Position numbers and translations under genes: made by a program
Part shown: positions 26,901 through 34,462 of the stretch, piece after piece
Layout: each line of letters opens with the position of its first letter
Numbering within the stretch: the first letter of the stretch is position 1
IMG/VR virus record: IMGVR_UViG_3300020281_001556
Length of the DNA stretch: 64,000 nucleotides
Reading direction: 5' to 3' (one strand)
Origin: an uncultured virus (IMG/VR IMGVR_UViG_3300020281_001556)
Taxonomy: Duplodnaviria > Heunggongvirae > Uroviricota > Caudoviricetes
Notes under the pieces: model-generated
Databases searched by the model: none
What the model saw: the letters and a program-made list of their open reading frames with translations, nothing else
What the model was told of the DNA's origin: nothing

Positions 26901-29889
26901 ATCCTTAGAAGACGGAGGAACACCTGCAAGATTAAGTCCTATTTTAGGAAGAGGAAAAGCAAGAAGTTTACATGTGCGTTGTAAATTTGATAGAGTAACT
27001 GGTACATTCCTATTCAGCCAACTTAATGAAACACAAACATTTACAAGCACACTAGATCAACAAATATTTGATTTGAAATGGCCAATGCAATTAAAGTCAA
27101 CACAAATTAAAGTTACAGTAGAAGGTCTAGAATCTTTAAGGAGTGAATATACTTTCACAAATAAAACCGACACTTCAAAAGGTTATACTAGAAGTTATGG
27201 AAGAATAACATTCACTAATCCTTTAGAGTTAGGAAAGACAGTAATTATAAGTTATGAAAAAGCACCGGATTTATTACAAGCACAAGATAGAATAAATCTT
27301 TATTACAATCCAACAACAGGAATGTTTGGAAATGACTTAGGACAGTTATTAGACGGTATTGATTACGGAGGAGTTGAAGTAAGCAGTTACAGTTTTGGAG
27401 CAGGTACTGGATGGGATTCAGATGGTTGGTTTACTACTACATATGATACATTTGATACAACATTTGATGATGAGATATTCCAAATGGACGGCAGTACAGA
27501 AGTATTTAATTTAAGTCAACCTTTAGCAAATGGCATAGTATATAATGTATATTTGAATGGTGTACGTATTGATGATCCAAACTTTGGCACATCTAATCAA
27601 ACAAATGAAAATGCTGTAATGTCAAGTATTACAGGTGATGGTACTACAACCACAGTTACTATAACAAATGATATACAAAAATTCAAAGCAAATGATGTTG
27701 TAGTATTTAGAAAAACAACATCTGATGGTGCATTTTTACCAGATCCTAGATCATATGACACAATATTAAGTGGAGGTGATTTACAATTTTCTACAGCCAA
27801 AGGTATAAATGCAGAAGAAATAATTATCGACGGTGATGGATTTGTTACACCAACCACATCAAAAGGTCCAGAAGAACAAGTTCCAGGACAAGTTTTAGAT
27901 ACGGTGGATATTAAAGTTTTCCATAGACCAAGTCCGGGTGGAAGTATTCTTTCAAGTAATTCTTATAATGCTGATGGCAACACATTTGAATTTGGATTTG
28001 GTGTAACGCCACAAAACAAAGAAGGCTTGTTTGTAAGATTAAACAATATAATACAAAATCAGAATACTTATACTGTAGATTACAGATTGAAAAAAGTAAA
28101 ATTTATCTCAGCACCAGCATCAGGCACCTCAGTAAACATTATAAGTGTTAGTGGTAACGGTGAAAATATTATAGAATTTGATGAATTTATCGCAGATGGA
28201 TCAACAGTTCAATATGTAACTAAAGCAAGATACACAAAAGATGTAGATTATTACGCTACTGTTGACGGTGAAGCTGTTGAATCTGTGCTTATACCTAGTT
28301 CAGATAGTACAGATGAAGATGCTAAATGTGTCATTGTATTTGGATCGCCTCCAAGAGATCAAGGGCTAATAAATTTTGCTGTGTACAGCAAAGTTGATAG
28401 TTTCAGTAAAATTGAAACACAGGAATTCACAGGAGACGGTTCGACAAGAATATTTACTCTTGCTAAAACGCCTTACAGTTCGAAACCAAACAGTCATAAT
28501 GTCATAGTGAAGCAAGGCAACAAAATTTTAAATCCTGGATACAATCAACAGTTTACTGTAACAGCCGGAGTAAGAGAATATTTCTTAGAAATATGGCAAA
28601 CACCTATAGGAAGTTTTGATAATTCTGATGTGCTTGTTCTTTTGAATGGAAATGAATTGAAGATAGCAACTGAATATAATATTAGACCTGCAAACAGTTC
28701 TGTAATATTGGAGCCGGGTATAGGAAATATAGGAGACATCCTAGAAGTTTATATACGGACAGATGGTGAGTATGCTTTTGGAAGCATACAAGTAATTGAT
28801 AATCAAAATCAATGGGTAGATAGTGGAGCTGATTTACAGTTAAATGTAGCTCCTGGTATCGGAGAGAAGTTGACAGTGTTTACATTTAATAAACATGACA
28901 TACAAGATTTTGAAAGAATTAATTATGATGTTGTAGCAAGGTCTACACTCGCTATAGGATCTGAAGATCATATACAATACAATCATTTGAAAGCTGGTTT
29001 AATTGAATTGAGATATCCAGCCATTGATGCACAATTTGTTTGGTTAACTATAAATGGTATATTGCAAACTCCTAGCGTAGATTATTACTTAACAGATGAT
29101 AAAAAATTTATAAAATATGATGGTATTTTAAATGATAATGATGTAGTTGAGTTAATACAGTTTAGTTCACAAGGTCCAACAGAAATAAAATTTGGATTCA
29201 GCCAGTTTAAAGATATTTTAAACAGAAATATTTACAAGAGGCTTGGTGATGTTGCTAGTATGAAGCTTGTAAAAGACTTTGGTATTACAGACAAAGAAAT
29301 ATACGTAGATGATGCAAGTTCAATAAGTGCTCCTGATAAAACTAGTAGAATTCCAGGTATTGTGTTTATTAATGGAGAAAGAATAGAATTTTTGATCAAA
29401 CAAGGTAATGTATTGAAGCAAATTCAAAGAGGCACACTAGGTACAGGTGTTCCTTTAGTACATAAAGCAGGTAGTGATGTGTTGAATCAAGGTATTCAGC
29501 AAACTGCTCCTTATGTAGATAGCACAATAGTTGAAAACTTTACGGGTGATAATTCAACAACAGTATTTGAATTAGGCTTTACGCCGACAAGTGTTAATGA
29601 ATTTGAAGTGTTTGTTGCCGGAAAAAGACTAAGGAAAAATGCAATTCAAGTATTTGATCCTACAAAAGACCAAGATTCACCAGAAGCTGATATAACTGCA
29701 CCAGCAGAATTTTCAGTGACAGGGACCACACCATATGTAACTTTGTTAAATACTCCTGTAAACAATGCAAAAATACAGGTAATTAGACGTCAAGGTAAGC
29801 GTTGGGCTGATCCGGGTGTTTCACTTAATGATGCGGAAAGTTTGGTAGCACGTTTCTTTAAGGCCGAAAAGGTGGAGCTACCCAAATAA
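14938..29889 (+). CDS. Giant (4983 aa) virion structural protein, gp7-like baseplate wedge/adhesin
   Basis: Coupled to gp6 (TAATG); LLPRYFRT N-terminus; FG-GAP-like repeats, short aromatic CBM-like modules, GSGY-P repeats, GDGST repeats. Confidence 0.75.
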   Translation: MAQDENPIETGPNAKRRTADLLPRYFRTTANKKFLSSTLDQMMQPGVVEKVDGFIGRRDAKAWTASDNYVADVSNDREAYQLEPVATVTDDLGNITFYKDYRDYVNSCKIRNADVTDHSKLSSQEYYAWDPHIDWDKFVNFREYYWLPTGPTSIPVYGSSREIQSTFSVTKQSNTDNDSYLFSDEVAVSNPTLTLYRGQSYIFDIDAVDMPFTIRTSADNTSDSNIYTKGVSNQNIDSGQVTWDIDLETPDTLYYVNSNDIEATGLIVIKDIRDNTFIDVAQDILDKKTYKMQNGYELSNGMKLEFFGNVTPEKYGTGKWYVEGVGKSIKLISEEDLVISASYLSDVATKFDANDFDALPFDDAISYSNVKDYIVINKASKDRNQWSRNNLWTHKSVIETTAKINDVEVSIDQNFRATRPIIEFESGLKLYNFGTEAKQSVDLIDTVTKDVFSEIEGQAGYFVDGIELVSGMRVLFTADPDSFVAGKIYEVNFITQNNVRQIALKETTDTTPLTNETILVTAGTKNKGKIFWYDGNSWLAGQDKSQTNQAPLFDLYNDSNTALSDLSSSTFRGNKVFSYKVGTGIADTELGFALSYRTIENSGDITFDFNLLSDTYQYEDVADVVTVSTDTALLRRYRSREVFDSVSGWTTANTKSVQPVIKQITTGPRTNNFIIDQYRNSGDLNDLTCKVYVNNDRKYANIDYEIDRINNYAYIRFYNDLAEDQKVVLKTTSSAPKNNIGYYEFPVNFEKNPMNENITSFTLGEVSDHVDSIVDNQPSFAGVFPGVSNLRDLGDVSKFGLKFVQHSGPINLAIVNLTDKDYNMVEAIKFAGEEYIKFKREFLRTANDLGFESFDKAHVDKVLLTMMNDKTSSDPFYFSDMVPFGGDTVQEIEIEDSSQTIFALTRTINFEELNEKAILIYLDDQQLIKDKDYTISTDGFMQLIKKVAGGEKLKIYEFETTDGCWIAPTPTKLGLYPKFEPQIYLDDTYISDAADSTGPFKIYGIDEETTKGYKNKLGWFYPLYTEEVAAQGYDKQQGGTGLAHTHKFKGDNRVFYMPNSSMNHATFDTSDFPEWPSNRAVIQGHDGSLWKCFGDFRDKLLLDLEKRIYNNLKQEYAENIVDIADFVPSKTRGTGISRYQIAKTITPEFARWLETVGNPDYVDNSYFKRGNSFTYNYSLTFGPDNVSLSGFWRSIYKDVYNTDRPHSHPWECLGLKIKPTWFETTYGAAPYTSNNLLLWEDLSKGIVREPNKKIVYRNKFKNPDIYNYIPVDKNGNLLSPLDTGYARGGIDSAYSDDFKFGDESPVESAWRRSSHYPFALMKSWAISKPAQIFGLAWDRSRIVRNAANQLVYKDTSKRIELKQIKFPNSAADDNRINTAGFVNYMQGYLAQNETVRFKDYKEKVFWLENKIGSKIAGFSQKDKFKLILDSRTPLNEGNIFVPEENYQLTLVSGVPTAVYSYSGVIVEKLPRGFKISGYDKSNPNFTIFNPIRRGSDQVVNVGGVSETFLTFDTNRLYELGQIVDFNGTYYRVKVGHTSGNSFDPDNFQKLAELPVEGGANATFAVNFEEFPTNIPYGTVYTEVQDVVDFLLGYGKHLEFLGFTYNTFNKDLEEIENWRLSCKEFMFWTTQNWGEGAVLTVSPSARQIEFFKDFHVVDDIYNTYYDYSLLKADGKRLLADFATTERDNTNAFGLYVKNTQEGIYHLKIPVIQTEHAVVLDNETVFGDKIYNRAQGYRQERIRVKGYRSDGWNGSLNVPGFIFDDAKIEEWTAWQDYAIGTLVKYKQYFYVAKNRVVGNSTFQDKDFVILNDKPVPRLLANFDYKAKQFADFYDLDSDNFDVEQQKLAQHLIGYQKRRYLENIIPDDVSQYKFFQGMIQDKGTKNSLTKLFDKLGSANKDSLEFYEEWAIRLGRYGATTGNDVFEVLLDEDQYRLEPQTVELVDFVNPQDTSLIYRLDRNNIYVKSQNYDHKPLPVKYYNDDNMFVPSAGYVNPADISTSLANYNDIVNQDISALLVGSYVWTAKEKNQLTWGVYRYVSSTYQIESITESTDTSFAVTVSEFTDFAVGDIIGLNDIDDATNGFYKITNIELNKLTCETSELVQDTTDTYNGKGFVTRFRSSRVPRLADANQTIIDTGRTIPFSLTGDNVQTETVWVDDDDTGRWTVLRAKQVYELKPDIINKSAGIIDSTEKDFGASVSVADNNNLIAITAPKDLNGSVYVFNRPSDNVEPNLLQQIDEATNLFDTNGGFGTSASLSPDGKYLAVGSPNASNVKSKSRGDYDPLQTYASGDIVLYSEQLWRAKRVVEAQAVQTFENFASNQQSKIDEYNTNTSQYPDVVYMMRGNYSMPNDATDHILIRAEKEQYEGTKPGDILTLAWNRYTSTTPAGITPFNNDPVLNESFINGQHTIVGKVDRVIEVISSLATPDVGDELITNTARCTVQYRYIDNDNKLILYLNNINGELTDTGNIFKGNILLGTYTTINKIDDNYHAGWWYVNVGTNFNSTNLEEKNANLVVRNITLENDIVSNPDYTNILDAKQNQDIATEPTRASYYSVLSHTQGGTEVSVLDSRWIVRTEATAGASVQVGDNFRLWVNQIYVSGVRQDPSAINLSYDYLNDTNHTVNDIWNGWTDVRITNFDNAGNPFLPIVGDTVTCVATGGTGEVAFIKRDFAVVRLFLKNKTGTWSKGSDFNEPSDVTFVENDSTVRTIGPINSTHVENSVSGPLLVVDKAETIAIPSTMFIQDTEYWIYTSNTLSGITDTANPPGPINLDWTRVYNIPALASGYKTGNTNEGIFAIYEKRGNTYLQVNYYTVPNSASGRKLGHQIKLRQTGEDSYKLFVHAKGDGTGYNDGRIYIFDKDSSNDWAIATDNNYRGFYKTSAVYFENDLVRVGNTIYKAKTNLLAGPFDITQWTEVSSGVDLIGYLPNDTSFSLTDSVLEQNDLEEFGENFDVSKDASVVIATAKYINRSDSSLPTRKVVVYRKNQNHYEYSQILEPFNTTENFGSTIAISNDGKKIAIGAPFNSDITPNGGAVYIYTQNGSTYSFSQTIRPVDTTPNTRFGFNLDFDGNTLAITSKGGDLATNTTFDQNSTKFDAGSTPFRVIDNDSGLVSVYETINDTLLYGQDFAYDEDTQEFGSIITVKNNHVYLGLPKQAVQINNKTDRGMVAEYRKPAGTTTWNVLRNPVLPVDTNKLKGVYLFNKTDNNLVGYVDYIDPLQGKIAGPADQEISFKTSYDPAKYTISTVTGINANPLDYTSEKWIGKIWWDIGSAKFINHHQGDITESTQNFNKLFTGTKVDVYEWVESTLLPSEWDTQSGTEAGLANGISGTSKYGDSAYSVRRKYDTASQTFTNFYYYWVLNKLTVPNMESRTISAFDVSNYISDPASQQYRFVAPLGADRFALYNCKNLVKGKDVGISWNWWTIENQEQNTHNQYQLVSDGLATSQPHPDIEQKWFDSLVGFDSNERPVPDIDLPTRQKYGNLNEPRQSWFVNRTEARKQFVERVNDVLSKELVVDEKDLSGLTAIDPLPTIATGKFDTTSDSFAEIGFVSVARVQRARLTLEIENGNIINVLITEPGAGYINPPTYVISDTEGSGGELKLILDANGSISQVDILSPGQNYSTNASITVREFSVLVTNDETVGGKWAVFAWNGTEYLRTQTQSFDVNNYWEYIDWYATGYSKFTTINYQILGSYQLPALEDSIGDVVKIQNVGSGGWLLLKKKDNQVGVDYTVNYDTIGRQNGTISLKPGLYDSSSENIAYDGASFDKIFYDTEPIEEFRRILGILKNKILTNDLQIHWNNLFFASLRYVFTEQPNVDWAFKTSYIKAKHNIGELKQKVNFQNDNLSSYEDYVKEVKPYKTKIREYLSSYEKIDPSSSVVTDFDLPPVYNADAGKIIPQSVQIIDNKVQSGTTDIQRYPSKHWIDNLGFELTSFTIADAGSGYTDIPKIKITGGGGSGAEAQAYIGNGKVTSVVVTKAGSGYLSQPTISIEGSLEDGGTPARLSPILGRGKARSLHVRCKFDRVTGTFLFSQLNETQTFTSTLDQQIFDLKWPMQLKSTQIKVTVEGLESLRSEYTFTNKTDTSKGYTRSYGRITFTNPLELGKTVIISYEKAPDLLQAQDRINLYYNPTTGMFGNDLGQLLDGIDYGGVEVSSYSFGAGTGWDSDGWFTTTYDTFDTTFDDEIFQMDGSTEVFNLSQPLANGIVYNVYLNGVRIDDPNFGTSNQTNENAVMSSITGDGTTTTVTITNDIQKFKANDVVVFRKTTSDGAFLPDPRSYDTILSGGDLQFSTAKGINAEEIIIDGDGFVTPTTSKGPEEQVPGQVLDTVDIKVFHRPSPGGSILSSNSYNADGNTFEFGFGVTPQNKEGLFVRLNNIIQNQNTYTVDYRLKKVKFISAPASGTSVNIISVSGNGENIIEFDEFIADGSTVQYVTKARYTKDVDYYATVDGEAVESVLIPSSDSTDEDAKCVIVFGSPPRDQGLINFAVYSKVDSFSKIETQEFTGDGSTRIFTLAKTPYSSKPNSHNVIVKQGNKILNPGYNQQFTVTAGVREYFLEIWQTPIGSFDNSDVLVLLNGNELKIATEYNIRPANSSVILEPGIGNIGDILEVYIRTDGEYAFGSIQVIDNQNQWVDSGADLQLNVAPGIGEKLTVFTFNKHDIQDFERINYDVVARSTLAIGSEDHIQYNHLKAGLIELRYPAIDAQFVWLTINGILQTPSVDYYLTDDKKFIKYDGILNDNDVVELIQFSSQGPTEIKFGFSQFKDILNRNIYKRLGDVASMKLVKDFGITDKEIYVDDASSISAPDKTSRIPGIVFINGERIEFLIKQGNVLKQIQRGTLGTGVPLVHKAGSDVLNQGIQQTAPYVDSTIVENFTGDNSTTVFELGFTPTSVNEFEVFVAGKRLRKNAIQVFDPTKDQDSPEADITAPAEFSVTGTTPYVTLLNTPVNNAKIQVIRRQGKRWADPGVSLNDAESLVARFFKAEKVELPK

Positions 29890-29892
29890 ATA
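29885..29892 (+). promoter_or_regulatory. Putative late promoter AATAAATA
   Basis: Overlaps the stop of the giant gene, upstream of the RBS and ATG 29910. Confidence 0.5.
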
Positions 29893-29909
29893 CAGTATAG
29901 GAAAATGAT

Positions 29910-30521
29910 ATGATAGACAACTTAAAAGAGCAAAATGGAGTATTACTGCAAGGACATATCAAAATCTCTGACCCTGTAAGTGGCGAAATCATTGTAAACA
30001 AAAGAAATGCTATTCATTATGAAAATATGAGTATTTCTTTAGCAGAAAGTTTAGCTAACGCAGGAGAAGGCTTTGTATACCAAATGGCCTTTGGTAATGG
30101 GGGTACAAGTATTGATCCAACAGGAATCATTACATACTTGACTCCAAACTCTACAGGTACAAATGCAAGTTTGTACAATCAAACATTTATTAAAGTAGTA
30201 GATGATCGAAGTGTTAATAACACAGACCCTGCTCGTAATAAGATAGAATCAAGACACGTAAGCGGTACAAATTACACAGACATTCTTGTATCATGCTTGT
30301 TGGATTACGGAGAACCAACAGGACAAGATGCTATAGATAATGCCACTAATGCAGATAGCTTATATGTTTTTGATGAACTAGGACTTGTGAGTTATAGTCC
30401 TTCCGGACAAGGTAGATTACTTACGCATGTTATTTTCCACCCGGTACAGAAAAGTTTAAACAGACTTGTACAGATAGACTATACAGTTAGAGTACAGAGT
30501 CTTTCAGGAATGAATGAATAA
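29910..30521 (+). CDS. Baseplate/fibre attachment protein (gp8-like position)
   Basis: MAFGNGG, FDELGL and HVIFHPVQKS...IDYTVR motifs resembling fibre-attachment N-terminal domains; located between wedge and fibres. Confidence 0.5.
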   Translation: MIDNLKEQNGVLLQGHIKISDPVSGEIIVNKRNAIHYENMSISLAESLANAGEGFVYQMAFGNGGTSIDPTGIITYLTPNSTGTNASLYNQTFIKVVDDRSVNNTDPARNKIESRHVSGTNYTDILVSCLLDYGEPTGQDAIDNATNADSLYVFDELGLVSYSPSGQGRLLTHVIFHPVQKSLNRLVQIDYTVRVQSLSGMNE

Positions 30522-32602
30522 TGGCTTACACGATTAATTACTCCGACAGCAACAAAGGAACTATTTCAATTGAAGATAGTACAATTAATCAGGCGACTAG
30601 CTTGGACATTCCAGGACGTAACACGACAAGTTATGGTTCAGTTATCGCAGAAAGCTTCTTGCATTTACTAGAAAATTTTGCAAATACAAGTGCTCCTAGA
30701 AATCCTATTCAAGGACAGCTATGGTACGATAGTTCAACAGGAGTAAACACTTTAAAGTTATATGACGGCACTGGCTGGATAAATGCTAGTGGATTGAAAA
30801 AAGGAAATACTGCACCAGATGTAGCAAACGCCTTGACAGGTGATCTTTGGTCAGATACTGATAATAATCAATTATATATTTTTACAGGATCAGGTTGGAC
30901 ACTGGTTGGTCCAGAATATAGTGATGGTTTACTTACAGGATCAAAGCCGGTTGTAGTTACAGGTAAAGATGAAATTAATTATACAATACTACAAGTAGAA
31001 GTAGCAGGTAATCCTGTTGCAATTTATTCTACAAAAGAGTTTCAACCGAAGACAACTATTGTAGGATTTACGACTATTAAACCAGGAATAAATTTATCTT
31101 CAATTGATATTGGAGGAACAGGTGTAGGTAAATTTTATGGCACAAGTGAAAAAGCTGAAAACTTACTTGTAAGTGGAGTAACGGTCGCGGCTAATCAATT
31201 TTTAAGAGCTGATGTAACAAGTACATCAAATGAACAAATTGTTATTAGTAACAACAAAGGTATACAAGTAGGTCAAGATGCTATTGTAACTTTTGATGTT
31301 CAAGGGACGTCAGGTGTTATAACAAACTTAACTTCAGGTGCACCAATTGATTTCAAAGTCAATAATTTGGGTACACAAGCAAACGTAATTAGAATTGACT
31401 CTACAGAAAAGGTTGGCATCAATACTTTGTCACCTGCTGAAGCACTAGACGTTTCAGGATCGATACAAACAAGTAATAATCTTATTGTCCAAGGTACAAC
31501 AGATAGTGCAAGTATAGGCACAGGTGCTGTCAAAATTTCCGGCGGTGTTGGTATTGCTAAAAAACTCTGGGTAGGTACAGATTTTAATGTTGCTGGAACT
31601 AGCACAACTGGAACTATACTTCCAAGTGCAACACAAACATATAACTTAGGTACAGCAGAAAATAGATGGTCGAGCGTTAATTCTGTAGAATTTAGAGGAA
31701 ACTTAATAGGAAATGTTACAGGTACAGTCACAGGTGGTGCCGCAAACGCTAATAAATTAACTAGTTCAAGCACATTTGAATTGTCAGGTGATGTAAGTTC
31801 TAATCAGATTACCTTTGATGGGCAAACTGGTGGAACAACAAAAATATTTAATACTGCCATAAGCAATACGTTTATTGCAAATAAAACGTTAGTTACAACT
31901 CCTAATAACGATGATGAAATCATTCTTAATAGAATATCTGGTGATGACACAGGTGTGTTTAAAATTTCTCAACAAGCATTAGTAAGCTCAGTGCCAACTA
32001 TACCAATTGGTACTATTGTGCCATTTGGTGGATTAACTATCCCAGGAGGTTGGTTATTGTGTGACGGAAGTGAAGTATTGATTGCAAATTATCTTACACT
32101 TTTCAATACAATACAATATCAATTTAAAGATCAAAGCCAGGTAACTTCGGGTAGATTTGGTTTACCAGATCTAAGAGGTAGATTTCCACTTGGTGCAGAT
32201 AACATGGGCGGAACAAGTGCAAACAGAGTTACAGATGTAAACGCAGACACTGTAGGATTAGGTTCTGGTTTTGAAGATAGAGTAATTGATGTTAAAAACT
32301 TACCTGAACACGAACACGATTTAAGATCACCTAAAGGTGCTCAGTTTTATGTTATACTTGATGACAGTGGTGTGCCACAAGATGCTGACACTATACAATA
32401 TGATGCTCCTACAGGTACTAACGCAGGACAGGCAAGAACTTCATCAGGAGGTGTGCTTAACAGAAGAAATATTCAGTATAATCAACAAACGGGTGTTGAA
32501 CAATATGAAACATTTGACATTACAGAATTAGGTACGCCATTAAATTTAATGAATCCGTTCTTGTCAATTAACTATATAATTTACACAGGAGTTGGGGGCT
32601 AA
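30521..32602 (+). CDS. Tail fibre protein with C-terminal tail-collar domain
   Basis: PIGTIVPFGG..PGGWLLCDG..LF..LPDLRGRFPLG collar domain; LPEHEH HxH metal motif; VGINT and GNVT repeats. Confidence 0.85.
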   Translation: MAYTINYSDSNKGTISIEDSTINQATSLDIPGRNTTSYGSVIAESFLHLLENFANTSAPRNPIQGQLWYDSSTGVNTLKLYDGTGWINASGLKKGNTAPDVANALTGDLWSDTDNNQLYIFTGSGWTLVGPEYSDGLLTGSKPVVVTGKDEINYTILQVEVAGNPVAIYSTKEFQPKTTIVGFTTIKPGINLSSIDIGGTGVGKFYGTSEKAENLLVSGVTVAANQFLRADVTSTSNEQIVISNNKGIQVGQDAIVTFDVQGTSGVITNLTSGAPIDFKVNNLGTQANVIRIDSTEKVGINTLSPAEALDVSGSIQTSNNLIVQGTTDSASIGTGAVKISGGVGIAKKLWVGTDFNVAGTSTTGTILPSATQTYNLGTAENRWSSVNSVEFRGNLIGNVTGTVTGGAANANKLTSSSTFELSGDVSSNQITFDGQTGGTTKIFNTAISNTFIANKTLVTTPNNDDEIILNRISGDDTGVFKISQQALVSSVPTIPIGTIVPFGGLTIPGGWLLCDGSEVLIANYLTLFNTIQYQFKDQSQVTSGRFGLPDLRGRFPLGADNMGGTSANRVTDVNADTVGLGSGFEDRVIDVKNLPEHEHDLRSPKGAQFYVILDDSGVPQDADTIQYDAPTGTNAGQARTSSGGVLNRRNIQYNQQTGVEQYETFDITELGTPLNLMNPFLSINYIIYTGVGG

Positions 32603-34431
32603 TGGCATATCAAATTAATAAAACAAGTGGAGCACTTTTAGTCAATCTTGCAGACGGTCAAATAGACACAACTTCTACTGATATAACTTTAATAGGAAAA
32701 AATTATTCAGGGTTTGGTGAATCCATAAATGAAAACTTTGTAAAAGTTTTAGAAAATTTTGCTAATTCATCAGCTCCAACAAATCCTTTAGCAGGACAAA
32801 TTTGGTGGGATACTGCTTCATCAAGAATCAAAGTTTATACAGGGACTGCCTGGACTACAGGCGGAGGTCCTATTGTACAACCTACTAGACCTGACATGGT
32901 TGCAGGTGATATGTGGATTAATAATGAATCAAATCAATTATACTTTTTTGATGGAACAGATTTAGAACTTGCAGGTCCTATATACAATGCTTTCCAAGGA
33001 CGTTCAGGGCCACAGGTTGTTACTGTGCTTGATAACACAGGCACAAGCAGAACTATTGTTAAGTATTGGGTTGGAGGAACACTTGTAGGACTTTGGAGCA
33101 AGATTGCATTTACTCCACAAAATATAGATACTATTCCTAGTTTTACTGGTGATGTTGCAAAAGGCTTTAATGTTGTCGACGCAGATTTTGTGTTTGCTGG
33201 TACAGCCACTAGAACAAATTCACTTGTAGATGCCCAAGGTGTTATTAGAACAGCCGCACAGTTTTTAGCAAGTGATTCAGATGACTCCACAAGTGGTGCA
33301 TTATCAGTTAGAAATAATAACGGGATAACAATAGGTCTTACAGACAACAATGTTATTAAAGTAACAAATCTCGGAGTTGTAAGCGAAAACAACGTATCAG
33401 GCGAAAATTACATAATTAGAATGACAACAAGTCTTGGTAAGAGAGATGCTGTTACTATTAAGTCTGCAACTAGCAATGTAGGAATTTACAACGATGATCC
33501 ACAAGCCACTTTAGATGTAGGTGGTGATGTTAGGATCAGTGGTAATCTCGTAGTGAGCGGTACGCAAACAAACATAGACGTTGATACTTTGCGTGTAAAA
33601 GACAAACAAATTGAATTAGCTAGAGGTGAAGATAGCACAATTTTAGATGATTCACAGGTTGACGAAGCAGGTATTGTTGTACAATCCAGTGGCGGCAACA
33701 AAGAATTTATTTGGAGAAACTCAACAAACGCCTGGACAACAAACGTAAGTTTGAACATGACAGGTACTGCAAAATTAAAATACAATGGCGTTGATCTTAT
33801 TGACGGTACAAGTGCTCCGGGTATTACTTCAATTGGTAACTTAACATCAGCAAATATAGGAAACATGAGCTTTAGTGGTATTACTATTGCAACTGGTACT
33901 AGTTCAGGTAGCAATGGTTTATTACTAGATTTAGCTGGCGATATAAGCCTAAATACATCACGTAAGATTAGAAACGTCCAAGATCCTGTATTGGCACAAG
34001 ACGTTGCTACAAAGGCCTATGTAGATAGCAGTATTGATTTAGAAGTTATTCCTTTGACATTAGATATTACGGGATTGGGTGCAGGAGGTACACTAAACAC
34101 CAATATTGCAACAATTATAAACGATATTGCTCCTGCAACTGTAAAAAGAGATGGTACTGAAGCAAGAGTGCATTGTACATCAACTGTGGGTGCAACTGCT
34201 ACTCTTGAAGCCGCGAACTTGAATTCAAGTTTCAACAAAAGTTTAGAAACAGTGCAAAAATTAGATGGAAGTGGTAATGATGACGGTTCAGCTTCTGTAA
34301 TTGGAGACGCAACATTTAACAATGTAACGGGTGCAATTACGTCAACAGTGGCAAGATCACTTAAATTATTTAGAGTAAACAATGGATCCTGGGAGTATGT
34401 GCAAGACTTAACTCCGGGCAATTTAATATAA
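32602..34431 (+). CDS. Tail fibre protein
   Basis: N-terminal domain paralogous to its neighbours; VGIYNDDPQATLDVGG fibre repeat; DPVLAQDVATKAYVD neck motif. Confidence 0.8.
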   Translation: MAYQINKTSGALLVNLADGQIDTTSTDITLIGKNYSGFGESINENFVKVLENFANSSAPTNPLAGQIWWDTASSRIKVYTGTAWTTGGGPIVQPTRPDMVAGDMWINNESNQLYFFDGTDLELAGPIYNAFQGRSGPQVVTVLDNTGTSRTIVKYWVGGTLVGLWSKIAFTPQNIDTIPSFTGDVAKGFNVVDADFVFAGTATRTNSLVDAQGVIRTAAQFLASDSDDSTSGALSVRNNNGITIGLTDNNVIKVTNLGVVSENNVSGENYIIRMTTSLGKRDAVTIKSATSNVGIYNDDPQATLDVGGDVRISGNLVVSGTQTNIDVDTLRVKDKQIELARGEDSTILDDSQVDEAGIVVQSSGGNKEFIWRNSTNAWTTNVSLNMTGTAKLKYNGVDLIDGTSAPGITSIGNLTSANIGNMSFSGITIATGTSSGSNGLLLDLAGDISLNTSRKIRNVQDPVLAQDVATKAYVDSSIDLEVIPLTLDITGLGAGGTLNTNIATIINDIAPATVKRDGTEARVHCTSTVGATATLEAANLNSSFNKSLETVQKLDGSGNDDGSASVIGDATFNNVTGAITSTVARSLKLFRVNNGSWEYVQDLTPGNLI

Positions 34432-34434
34432 ATA
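34427..34434 (+). promoter_or_regulatory. T4 late promoter consensus TATAAATA
   Basis: Exact match upstream of fibre gene 34463. Confidence 0.7.
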
Positions 34435-34462
34435 CATGTAACACATGATTAGGGGTTAATAA

